Source of the DNA: Camelus dromedarius
Taxonomy: Eukaryota
Reading direction: 5' to 3'
Length of the DNA stretch: 64,000 nt
NCBI RefSeq assembly: GCF_036321535.1
Contig: NC_087436.1
Coordinates: 20,896,001 to 20,960,000, forward strand
Below, in pieces: positions 38,241 through 48,816 of the stretch; position 1 is the first letter of the stretch, and each line of letters starts with the position of its first letter. Position numbers and translations under genes: made by a program. A model generated the notes under the pieces. It did no database searches, was not told the origin of the DNA, and saw nothing but the letters and a program-made list of their open reading frames with translations.

Positions 38241-38740
38241 AAGAAGAACCAGCTCAAAGTATGTTCTGTATTTGAGTCCTTCTACTCAAAACACCCTAGG
38301 TATCTCCTCAACCGTGCTCACCCAAGGCAAAGACTCTACAAAGAGCCCAAGTCATCTTTCTTTACTGAATGATACATACTACCTGAGTGAGACATTTACT
38401 TTGTACTGTAAACAGTCTCCTCAGATAAGTAATGATGTCAAATGGGTGTCTCACTGACAGTCTTGCACCTTTTTAAGGAATTCCTCTTCGGTTATTTCTG
38501 GGTTCTAATTTTTATCTAGCTATGGCATTTTGCAGAATCATTATAATCTATAAAATTTAAACATAAATCTCTAAAATCACTACCAAAGCTATTGAGCTAT
38601 TGCATTATTGAAACCTTTTTTCTTTCTTGAGACATGGCATTTTCTTGAATATTCTTTTAAACTCTAACCCCAGTCAAAAATTTCCTATTGAAGGCAGTGC
38701 ATTAGAACCATCACGACCTGACTCCTTTGTTAAATCATAC

Positions 38741-39078
38741 CAGCTGAGAGTACGTAAGTCTAGTCACAGACATTAGCAGAGTTTTTGAAAATACCTTCTT
38801 TCCTCATCTCTTCTTCTGAGACCATTTTTTGTCCTGTAAAGATACACATCCCAATTTTCCAGCAATTTCTTCTTCTTCCCCACTGTGTCCAGGATCTGAG
38901 TAGAACACCCAAATAAAAAAGATGCTGGCCTTCTGTCCGGCCACATTCTATGAGGTGGGAAATAAAAAGCCAACCCTGGCGATTCGGCTGAACCACATAA
39001 ATGAGAAACAGATTTATGCAATGTGTGTTTGCTCCAAGCCACAGAAGGCCAATACCATCCTCTGGCATATTTTGAAGG
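38741..39078 (-). pseudogene. Pseudo-exon with chromodomain-like motif (ISHLIECGRTEGQHLFYL ... KKW/VSEEEMRKEG)
   Basis: Acceptor ttaccctttag, donor G|gtatga, 338 nt, phase 2 to 1. Two overlapping frames are nearly open (listed ORFs 38760..39164 and 38773..39042). Confidence 0.65.
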
Positions 39079-39979
39079 CTAAAGGGTAATTGGATCCTTT
39101 CTACACTAGACAGATAGTAAAAAAACCCAGCAGGGTTTGTCTGGGAGAGACAGTGCAGGCTCACATCTCACTCATGGGAGTGCCGTGACAGGACAAAGGG
39201 GCATGTTTAGATGGTGCTGCACAGCCCCACAGGATTAGCCAGCACACAAGGCCCCTCAGTCATCTGAAGCCCAGTGATCTGCAGTGACTTTCAGGAGTGC
39301 CGTCACCGCTGTCTTCCCTCCTGTCCTGGAGATTTATAAAGCCTCCTGTCTTGGTCCCTGGCCAGTCCAGCTGAGCCTCGGCCTTGGCTTCCTTCTGTTC
39401 ATGATTCCCTAATTAGACACTTGAAGGCCTGTCCTAATTAAGAATCTTTTGGTTACAAGTGTCCGATACCCACTTCAAAATAGCTTCTCCTAAGACAAGA
39501 GAATTTATTGGAAGGATGCTGTGCTACCTCACAGACTCCAGGCGTCAGAAAGGGTGGGAACCCGGGCAGTTCAGTGGAGCTCAGGAAATTCTGGTTGGTA
39601 TTCACCTGAGAAATCCATCATCAATGGAGCTTCGCTTCTAACTCCCAGTCCTCTGTGTTGTTCTATAAAATATTCTCCAGCGGGGGAATCAGAAGGGCTC
39701 AAGTTCTCATCAGCCATTGTCAAGATTAATGGTCCCGTAAGAAACTATTGTCTACTATGAGCTCACCTCTGAAGGGGAAGGAGGCACTCCAAGAAAATGG
39801 TGAATTCTGGACAGAGAGTATTTTTATAAGACTCCAGCTGGATGCTGGAACTGAGTTGAGATGATATGGCCTATGTCTCGTTCATGTCCCCAGGTCCCCA
39901 GGCTAGGCTTAGAGGCATTCTGGGAACTGTCCATCCAGCCTGAAGACATTACAAACTTTTACTTGTCTTCTGTCCATCA

Positions 39980-40680
39980 GTACCTCCATCCTCTCCATGG
40001 ACAGGCTGATGACGGCCACGCCTCTATCTCCAGTCCAGATTCCTCTTCCGAATGCCAAATTCAATCATCCATCTTCCTACCTGAACTCTCCACGAGGGTC
40101 TTCCAGAGAAATCTCAAATTCAGTGCACCCAAATGAAACTCACACTCTTCCATCACAAACCTCATTTGCCTCCAGAGTTTCCTATCTCTGTAAACAGGAC
40201 CACAATTTACCCAGTCGTGCAAGCTGCAAAGTTTGGAAACACCCTTTCATCTGCCTCTCTCATCCGCCTTATCCAATTAAACACAAGACCATTCCATGTG
40301 AAGTTCCAAAGTTGTTGAATCAGTTCAACTAATTCCGTAATAGCCACCTTATTTAGTCATCTGATTTAACTCTCACTTCAGTGTCTGCTAAGGCCTTCTT
40401 ACTGTTCTCCTTGTCAGCTGTGTTATGTTTCTAGAATCTGTTCTCCAGCCTGCGGACAATATGGCGTACTTGACTGCACAGCTTTAAGTGTCTTTGCCAA
40501 TTGTCCATAGGACAGAACCCCAAACCCTGCCTGATATAGTTTATGATCCCACCAACCAGTCTTTGTTCATATCACCTGCTACCACCCTCACCTCTCACCC
40601 TCTATTCCCCAGTCATAAGGAGTCAAGTTCACTCCTCTGAACAGTACACACCTGCCTCAGGGCACAGAGAGAACTCTATT
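39980..40680 (+). mobile_element. L2 fragment (others near 25.5-25.8, 30.1-30.3, 43.4-43.75, 46.2-46.55, 50.7-51.4 and 63.8-64 kb)
   Basis: L2 motifs ctctatctccagtccagattcctc...ctcaaattcagtgcacccaaatgaaactc. Confidence 0.7.
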
Positions 40681-41314
40681 TAAAGCCTCTATACCTACTC
40701 CTGTGGGCAACTAGGAAACAATGTCCTTATCTTAGTATCTGAGTTGTCCCTGCCCCTCCAGACCAAGCTAACTGACTTTTCACTATGTGGTCTGGTGTAG
40801 CAGGAGGGAGTGTAATACTGAATATCAACCTGGGCCTTGGGGACATACTGCTTGGGTTCAAATCCTGGCTCTACCACATGCTAGGGGAATGGTGCTTACT
40901 TTGTAGAATCACGGTGAGGATTAATACATCACCCAAGAAAATGCCTGATACTTGGTTAGCAGTCAGTAACTTCTCATTAATATTCTAGATTTGTCAGAAG
41001 CAAGAATAACAGAGCCAACAGAGTAACAATGTAATAGGCATCTCGTGGTATTATAAGCTGAAAAGAAATCTACTGTTTTGGGTTCAGGTGGCTCTCAGGG
41101 CCCAGAGAAGCTCACTTATATTTGCACCTACAGCAAACCACTCAATTTCTGTCTTCTGATCCCAAGAATACAGCCAAGAAAGAGAAAAATAGAAGAGATA
41201 CTGGGATCTATAATCCCTGAATTTTATAAAATACCACCTGTTTGTATTTTATAAAATACCATCATTTTTAAGAAATTGGAGGTCTGTCACTAAAAGTGAT
41301 CCTTGACTGCTCAC

Positions 41315-41527
41315 TGACACTTGAGACATATGATACAATTACTCTTCCAAATTTGGCACACTGGGGAAAAGATGGACATATCAGGAAAATTCTCTTGTTG
41401 GCATCATAATTGTGTTCAGATACGAGAGGTAAGAGGGGGCTACACAGTCACACAGAGGGGATCTTTTCTTTCGCTAGCAGAGTTTACCCATTTGTTGATT
41501 TCTTCCATGGGGACATTACGTTGTGAA
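41315..41527 (-). pseudogene. Candidate 5'-most exon remnant (possible start CCCATGG: MEEINKWVNSASERKDPLCV*)
   Basis: Strong acceptor tttttttctccccag; donors gtaaac (internal) or gtgagc; frame disrupted. Confidence 0.35.
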
Positions 41528-42795
41528 CTGGGGAGAAAAAAACTACCAGAGCTTTTGGTGGTTAATCAGAGCTGGCATAACAGATTAGAAACTAGATGAG
41601 CCCAACCACAAATCTGCTTTCTCTCACAGGACACTTGCTGAGTTCTAGAACGGCACAGGAGTCTGGGGAGTTAAGTTGGAAAAACAGAACAAAACCCTAC
41701 CGGAGGGAAGGGGCTTGCAACAAACCATGATGAATCTCTTCCTCAAGACACCTCCACTGAAGCTACAGGGATGGGAAGCTTCAAAGTTAAGGTCAATGCC
41801 CTGCACAAAAGAAAAAAAAAAATTATTAGGCGTGCAAAGAGGCAGGAAAATGTGGCAAATAATCAACATTTAAAAAAATAAGAGCTGATGGTTGTACAAC
41901 AATGTGAATGCACCTAATTATGCCATTCAAATGTAAACTTAAAAATTACTAAAATGGTAAATTTTATGTTGTGCATATTTTATCATAATAAAAATAGGTA
42001 ATGTCTAGATACTACAGTCAGCAGACAAGGACATTAGAATAACTATGATTAGTACATTCAAGAAATCAGAGTAAAAGGTACACAGGACACATGAAAATAA
42101 GCAGAATTTCAACTGTGAATTGGGATCTATAAAAGAATTAAACGTGCATTCTGAATTAAAAATGCAAAATCACCATCAAAGAACTCATGATACAGGACTA
42201 TATATAGGACTAAAGTTAACAACAGATTAAACATAGCAGATGAAGGATTATCCAAGGTCATTAGATAGAATCCAATACTGAAGCATGGTACGAAAAAAGG
42301 GAATGGGGAAAAACTCACATGTGTGAGTAATAGTTTAAAAGTCTAATGTATGCATAATCAAAACCCTAGAGGGAACAGAGAAACAATATTTGAAAGATAA
42401 TGGTCAGGATTTTCTGAAACTGCTAAAAATATCAACTGACAAATTTAAGAAGCTCGGATCCCTAAGAAAATCACAGAGACACATATAATAAAATTCTTGA
42501 AAATCTAACGCAAAGAGAAAACCTTTAAAGGAGCCAAAGGACAAAAACACACATTACCCTCAATAAAGAAACGCCAAGCTGAGAAAAAATGGTCTTTTCA
42601 ATAAAGGGTGCTGAATCAGCTGGATAATCACAGTGCTATAGAAGATCTACTTTTCCATGCAAAATCAGCCTGAGTCAACCTCTCAGACTTCAGGTTAAAG
42701 GGGAAAATTCCAGACACAAAAGAGTTCATACTATGTCATTTAACTTCTATGAAGTGCAGGACCAGACGGAACTAATCAACAGTGTTAGAAATCAG

Positions 42796-42905
42796 GGGGA
42801 GGGTATAGCTCAGCGGTAGAGCGCATGCCTAGCACGCATGAGGTCCTGGATGGCATCCCCAGTGCCTCCATTAAAACAAACAAACAAATAAAATTTAAAA
42901 AAAAA
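42796..42905 (+). mobile_element. tRNA-derived SINE (camelid Vic-1-like)
   Basis: ggggagggtatagctcagcggtagagcgcatgcctagcacgcatgaggtcctgg with A-rich tail; TSD aacagtgttRgaaatcag at 42778-42795 and 42906-42923. Confidence 0.85.
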
Positions 42906-43025
42906 AACAGTGTTGGAAATCAGAGTAGTTGTTACCTCAACGCAGGATAGGTATTGACTGGAATAAGCAAGAAAGAAACAGTGGGAGTGTTGAAAAGTTT
43001 CCATGTCTTGAATTGAGTAGTGGTT

Positions 43026-43077
43026 ACACACACGCACACACACACGTGTGTATGTGTGTGTGTGTGCGTGTATGTGT
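43026..43077. repeat. Head-to-head (CA)n/(TG)n inverted microsatellite
   Basis: acacacacgcacacacacac|gtgtgtatgtgtgtgtgtgtgcgtgtatgtgt. Confidence 0.9.
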
Positions 43078-44073
43078 ATAACTGTTCCATCAAACTGCAC
43101 ACTTCAAATGTATGTGTTACATTTCAATAAAAAATAAATGTAAGAGGATCACTGTTCTGTACATCAGAAACGAACACAACCCTGTAAATCAACTATACTT
43201 CAACTTTTTTAAATGTAAGAATTTACTGTATATTTATCCTTTATCTTTTGCGGATAAGCTACCCCCAGTATTTCTTCATGTAGAGAACCAGGGCCAACTG
43301 CATGTTTACAAAGGTAACGGGCAGAGTGAACCGACCTCCTAGACACTGCAAAGTGCAAACGTGCACATCGTGTGTCCTTAGAATTTCAAACAGTTGTGCA
43401 AACTACTACAGTGCTGTCTCTCAATTCCAGACCATTACTCCTGCTGCCTTCTCTGCCTGGAATGTGCCCTCTTCTCCCTTGACCTGGTTACTCACTCTCC
43501 AGGTCTCATTGCTCTCTCTGGAAAGCCTTTCCAGAACGCTGTATTTGAGTTAAGAGCCTCTCATGTGCTCCCAGAGTGCCCTTTGCCCACTATCACACAG
43601 CCCTGGACACTCCATAGTGTCCAGAACTGCCTTCTTTCGTGTTTGTTTCCCAGGTAAGCTGTAAGTTCCTGCAGGGAAACTCGAACTTCGGAAGGTTGTA
43701 TCCCCAGCACTTGGCAGGAGTTCACTAATCATTTGCTGCATCATTAAACGGATGCAGAACAAAATAGACCTGTTTAATCCTTAGCTGAAAGACGACACAT
43801 GATTCCTGATTCCAGGAGGATAATACAATGGGCTTAGAGGCAGCCTGGAGCCGTTGTTCACTGCCTACTCACCACGTAGTGAGAGTTTCCAACTTCTTCA
43901 GTGTTATTTAGCATGCCTCCAAAACACAGCACATTATGTTAAAATTGTAAAGAAAGGAAACCAGGACCTGGGTGAAATCTCATAGCTAAAGGATCTTGAA
44001 CAGTCTCCTAACTGTCTAAACTGGATTTGCAAGCCCAAATGCAGAAAGGAGCTAGACAGAGAGTATCAATGAA

Positions 44074-44460
44074 TGTGGTTGATTGTATTACTGTTCTCAG
44101 TTATCACTGGCCCTCCTATAAGTGTTTTATACATCCTCACCATTGCCATACGACTTGCAGGCTTTTCCTTTGGAGGAGGTATACTTCCTTGCCCCATTGA
44201 TGGCAGCTTGGCCTCTGATTTGCTGTGGCCAGTAGAACATGAGCAAAAGCGGCATATGCGGTGTCTGAGCATTAAAAGCCATTGTCCCATCCGGCCATTC
44301 TTCCTTTCCCTCAGCAACAAGGACAGCATATTCCACACAGGGGCTGCTCTTTCTTCCTGAGACCTGCAGCCATCGCACGCAAAAAGGACTGTGAGCAGGA
44401 AATGAGCCAATGCTGCTGCAAGACAGTGTGGTTCTGAGGTTTTGGCAGAGGATAACGTAG
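44074..44460 (+). mobile_element. MaLR solo LTR (MLT1J-like)
   Basis: tgtggttgattgtattactg start and MLT1J-type body. Confidence 0.65.
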
Positions 44461-44489
44461 TCTAAGCTGTGTGCAGCAACCGCAGCAAG

Positions 44490-44760
44490 CATCAGGTGTA
44501 GGACTTTAATGAGAAAGCTTAACTGTCCCACAGGACGGCCAATCCCCAGCTCCAGTGGACCATCACCATGCAGAAATGCAAGCTCACTCTTGACAGATCT
44601 TCCTCTGGTTTAAGAGGGGCCAGATTTTTTAATCAAATCTCGTCCTGATGTTTAATTAAAATATATTTCCTTTTAAATATTGGCAACTAAATCAATACAT
44701 TTAAAAAACACTTGGGGCCTCATCAAATCAATGAATATATTTGCCATTTCTCATCCACCC
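44490..44760. mobile_element. hAT-Charlie MITE (MER103-like)
   Basis: gacagatcttcc...aaatctc...aaatattggcaactaa motif. Confidence 0.55.
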
Positions 44761-45515
44761 TTAGTTTTCTAACCTATCAGAGAAAAATGATAATATCATT
44801 CTGCCTCCCTAATAGGGTTGTTTTGAGGGTCAGATTTGTCTAAATTTATGTTTATTTTGTTTTAATTTTGAAATGATAAGATAACAAAAGAAGGTCAAGT
44901 TAAGAAGTTAAACCACCCTGGCGAAGTAGACTGGCGATTCCAAGGTGACAAGATACCAAAGGGGCCAACAGTGCAAGTACCATGTCTCAACTTTCCTGAG
45001 CCTCCATACGAAACGTGAAAAGCAGACTTCTCCACAGACTGACCAGACTAGCCTGCAACCATCTTCAGGAATAAGGTGATCCTAAACTAGATGGAGCATA
45101 AATAATTGACAAAAAGTAACAGCTCTGTCATGAAACAAGTCTGAGCGAGGCCGATAGATCAAGTTGACTTTCCTAGTTTGCAACATTTAATTCATTCTTC
45201 TCCTTGACCAATGGTGTCCTTCTCCTTGACAAATGACAATAAGAAAAAATTGCCTAAGAACATCCAGTACCAAGAATGGGATAAGGTTTTTATGTTTGAA
45301 GGCATAAAATAAAAATTCTCAAAAGATAGGTAGATTTGTCTGACACATTTGCATGATATATCTCACAGGTAGGATTTTATGGCAATCTTGAACATGTATC
45401 TTCAGTAAGAATATAAAGACTGGAGACATGCCTGAAAGGGAAAAGCATACTCCAATGTCTTACTACATTTTCGTTTCATTTTCAGGTTTCACATTTTTCC
45501 TTCCATTATGCAGAT

Positions 45516-45533
45516 CCACCACTAGAGGGCACC
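45516..45533 (+). promoter_or_regulatory. CTCF-binding motif
   Basis: CCACCACTAGAGGGCACC closely matches the CTCF core consensus CCASYAGRKGGCRS. Confidence 0.65.
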
Positions 45534-46092
45534 ATACAGTTCTGCTTCCACACACCCTGTGTGTAATGCTGGGTCTGACCTCCAGTTTCTATGCTCAGAG
45601 CCTTACAGATTTTGTCTGTCTAATCAGACCAGGTAGTGTCAACCTGAAGGGAGCTGCAAACCCATCCTTGATCCCAGGTCAGTTGCCACTCCCCAGGTAT
45701 TAGGACCTACCTAGTCCTTCCAGGTAACCAAGAGCAAAGCCTCTCTTCCTTTCCTGTGGCCTCATTTTCACTTAGGGGTCATCCAGGGTACTCTGCCAGA
45801 TGCTGGAACTAGAACAATGGACACAGGACCTACAGATCCAAGAAAAGGGACCGTGCAGGATAACAAATGAACCAGTGTGTGTAAATACTTCAGGAGCTTC
45901 AAGGATGATGAATGAAGAGATTGTCCAGGAAAGCACGAGGTGTCATGAAGAAAAGTGTTCTCAGAGGCTGATCAATTCAGGCTAAAGAGCATATGAAGCT
46001 GGATTTTAGGCTGAGTTTCCTTTTCTCCTTCCTGCCCTTAGCAAGGGACTTCCATACAGGGGGTAACCTGAAGCTAAGATATGATATAGGAG

Positions 46093-46094
<2 letters not shown>

Positions 46095-46145
<51 letters not shown>

Positions 46146-46150
46146 ATCTA
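46095..46150 (+). repeat. (TCTA)n microsatellite
   Basis: Visible tandem tract. Confidence 0.95.
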
Positions 46151-47779
46151 AAAAGTGGCTTCTGTTCCCCAAGACTGCCTGAGAGAGGTTACTTTCCTCT
46201 GCACTGCAATATTCACTTGGTACTTATTGATCTGACAAATATTTATTGTCAACCGTGCCCCAAGCACTCAGTGGCAAATGAGATAGCCACAGACAGGGCA
46301 GGCCTGCTTAGCACTTATAGTCCAGTGGGGACACAAAAATGACTGCAATGCAATATGCTAAGTCCTATGACAAGGGAGGAACAGTGTACACTGTGAGAGC
46401 AGAGCAGGGACCTCTGATGTAGATAGAGGAAGTCAGGGAAGGCTTCCTGGAGGAAGTACTATTAAACTGAGATCCTAAGCAGAATAGAAGTAGGCCACGT
46501 ACTTCACACAAGTGTGTCCCAGGCAGTGGTAACACAGCACAGAGGAAAAAAGATTCAAACAGGAGTTCATTTTTGTATATACAATTTTGGAGCTTGCTGT
46601 TTTCCACTTACCTATTTTCTCCTGAGTCTCCATATCAACTCTTTTTGAAATCATGATTTTAATAGCTGCCTAAAAGTCCATTGTGAGGATAATGCCTAAT
46701 TTATTTACCCATTTTCAAAGGGAAATTGCATTTTTAAGGCTCATGCTAGTTGCTGTCCCATTAAAATATAAAATCATGTGGAATATTCTTTATTGCTCAT
46801 ATTAATATCCCAAAGATCTCCTTTATTTGGCTATCTGTTGAGAAAAATGTCTGCAGCCCAAGCTGATATCCCCCTGCAGCAAATACTGAATTTAAGCAAG
46901 CTATTGGTTTACTAAATATTGGTTAAATTTGACTATCTGTAAATTTTGCTACAGTTACCTTGCATGCATTGGCAGGACCTTCAGAGGGGCTCCAGGATTC
47001 TGAGGCTTGACGATCTTGCACTGTCTCTCAAAATGCCCCTCTGTGACCCCTCAGTCTCTTCCAAGTCTGCATCTCAGCTCCCCATCCAGCCTTCCATCTC
47101 AGGCTCCCCTTCTCTGACATGTTAACCAACATTTATCTCCATCTTTTCCCTAGTAAATTTTTTTTCCTCTGTGGCTCAACTTCCTAAAGCTGCAAAGATC
47201 ATTTTCAGAAACGGTTCTTTTTAAAACCATATTTGGGTAAAAATATAAATACAGCATATTTCACAAATAAGCTAACATCGCAAATTGATTTTCTGGGCCA
47301 AGCAGGGAAGACTTTTAAAAACAAATCTTAGAGAAAGTAAGAAGTTTTAGGTGGAGTAGCCAAACACCATTTGAGCTGTTTGAGGTAGAATTCAGTTGTT
47401 TTTCCTCTGCCTCCCTTTCAAACTGATCTTCCTCAGATGCCCATACCTCTCATCTTAACCTGCTTTGCAACAAAGTTTTGAGTTTGTCTGTCTGTTTGGT
47501 GTTTTGAGTGTTCACCTGTATTGCCTTGGCGTTCATTCCCACTTACGTAGTGAGGTGTGTTTGGAGAGAAACCACTCTGTAGCTGTGTGGGCACTAGCTT
47601 TTCAGTTCAAACTCTAACTTGGGTTAAAGATTTCTTGTGTCTCGTGAATTCTTACATCGCTGCATGACTTGCCATGAGGTGGAGAGTGTCTTCAGCCCTT
47701 AGAGCCCTCTGATGGTAATTACAGTTCTCACATACATTTATTTCTTATGGAGGAAGTCACGTTCACCCTGGCCAAGGAT

Positions 47780-48816
47780 CTCCACGTGAAAAACGAGAAG
47801 GTTCCTAGTTCCGCAATAGCGCCCTCAGCCTGGCCCTCATCCCAGGCCTTCAGTCTGTCTCTTGGCTGTCCAGCCGGGCGGCTCCTGGCTGCTGCTGGGA
47901 GAGGTGATTAGACAGGCTGACTGGCCCTGGCTGGTTATCAACAAGGGAAAGAAGATGCCAGGCTGCTGAAAAACAGGACACTTCCTCTTATCCGGCAGCT
48001 GGCCCCTTGGTTCCCAGGACACAGCCATACAATAAGACGTTTTATCTTCCACAACTGCTGCATAATCCCAAGGACATACCCCAGTATCTCTTTCTTTCTT
48101 CTCTCTTTTCCCGCCAAAGTTTCTGTCTTAGGGCTGAGCTCCGTGGGAGGAAGAGCCCGTAGCAGAAGATGGCTGGCAGCATCAGAAGGGAGATCACAGT
48201 GTCAGAGCCTTCCAGTAAAAGAACCAACTGGGAGCTGGAGCTGTCTCAACCCGCTCCCTGGCTGACGGCTCCCTACTCGAGTGTTTTTGTTGTTTTGTTT
48301 TGTTGCTGTTTTTCCATCTCTTTCTGAGCAATAAAGCAGTTTTGTGTGTTTCTGTGTCCGTGTGTGTGTTTTCACTTTGTCCCTCTGCTTCTACTGAGAA
48401 TTCCTTCTCAATCAGCAGGCAAGGACCCAGCTGTTTGGTGGGCTTTCCAATCTGAGGGTCCCTCTTTCTGCTAGCACTACTGCCTCACGATGCCCACTGA
48501 ATTTATGCAAAGTAAATTTAACACGTAGCTGCCAGTTCCCTGAAGTGAAGACTGGACTGGACCCTTTCATAATCTTCGTTAAGCAGATACCCACGTATCT
48601 TTATTGACAGGCGTTTCACAATTTTGCATAATTCAAAAATGACGCCCAGCCTATCAGCTGATGCCTGGAGAAAGTGGACTGAAAGATAACAGCGTGCAGG
48701 CTGAGGTCACAGATGCCACTTCAGTCGTCCCTGGTGGTCTTCTGGCACTGACCTTAGCAAGCCAGTTCATGAGATCAGGATGCAGAGGAAAATAATCATT
48801 GCACTACTACTGTCAG
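47780..48816 (+). promoter_or_regulatory. Candidate promoter and first exon of an unidentified plus-strand gene; possible coding start ATG 48780 (MQRKIIIALLLS, phase-1 intron)
   Basis: About 1 kb with no recognised transposon and more GC/CpG, E-box CCACGTG, octamer-like ATTTTGCATAAT, ending in consensus donor CAG|gtaagt at 48816/48817. Confidence 0.5.

Larger units (their letters stand above)
1741..41527 (-). pseudogene. Decayed multi-exon (unprocessed, possibly unitary) pseudogene encoding a large protein with several chromo/chromo-shadow-like domains
   Basis: A series of transposon-free minus-strand segments bounded by pyrimidine-AG acceptors and GT donors. Intron phases chain consistently across many junctions, frames are long with only scattered stops or frameshifts, and chromo-like motifs recur. 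Outer limits are uncertain. Confidence 0.72.
41880..43205 (+). mobile_element. Mosaic of old L1M fragments (ORF1 remnant and 3' ends)
   Basis: Degenerate L1 ORF1 and 3'UTR motifs. Confidence 0.65.

Noticed and set aside
42796..42870. Functional tRNA gene
   Set aside because: The B-box is mutated (ggatggcatccc), and the A-rich tail and TSD indicate a SINE.
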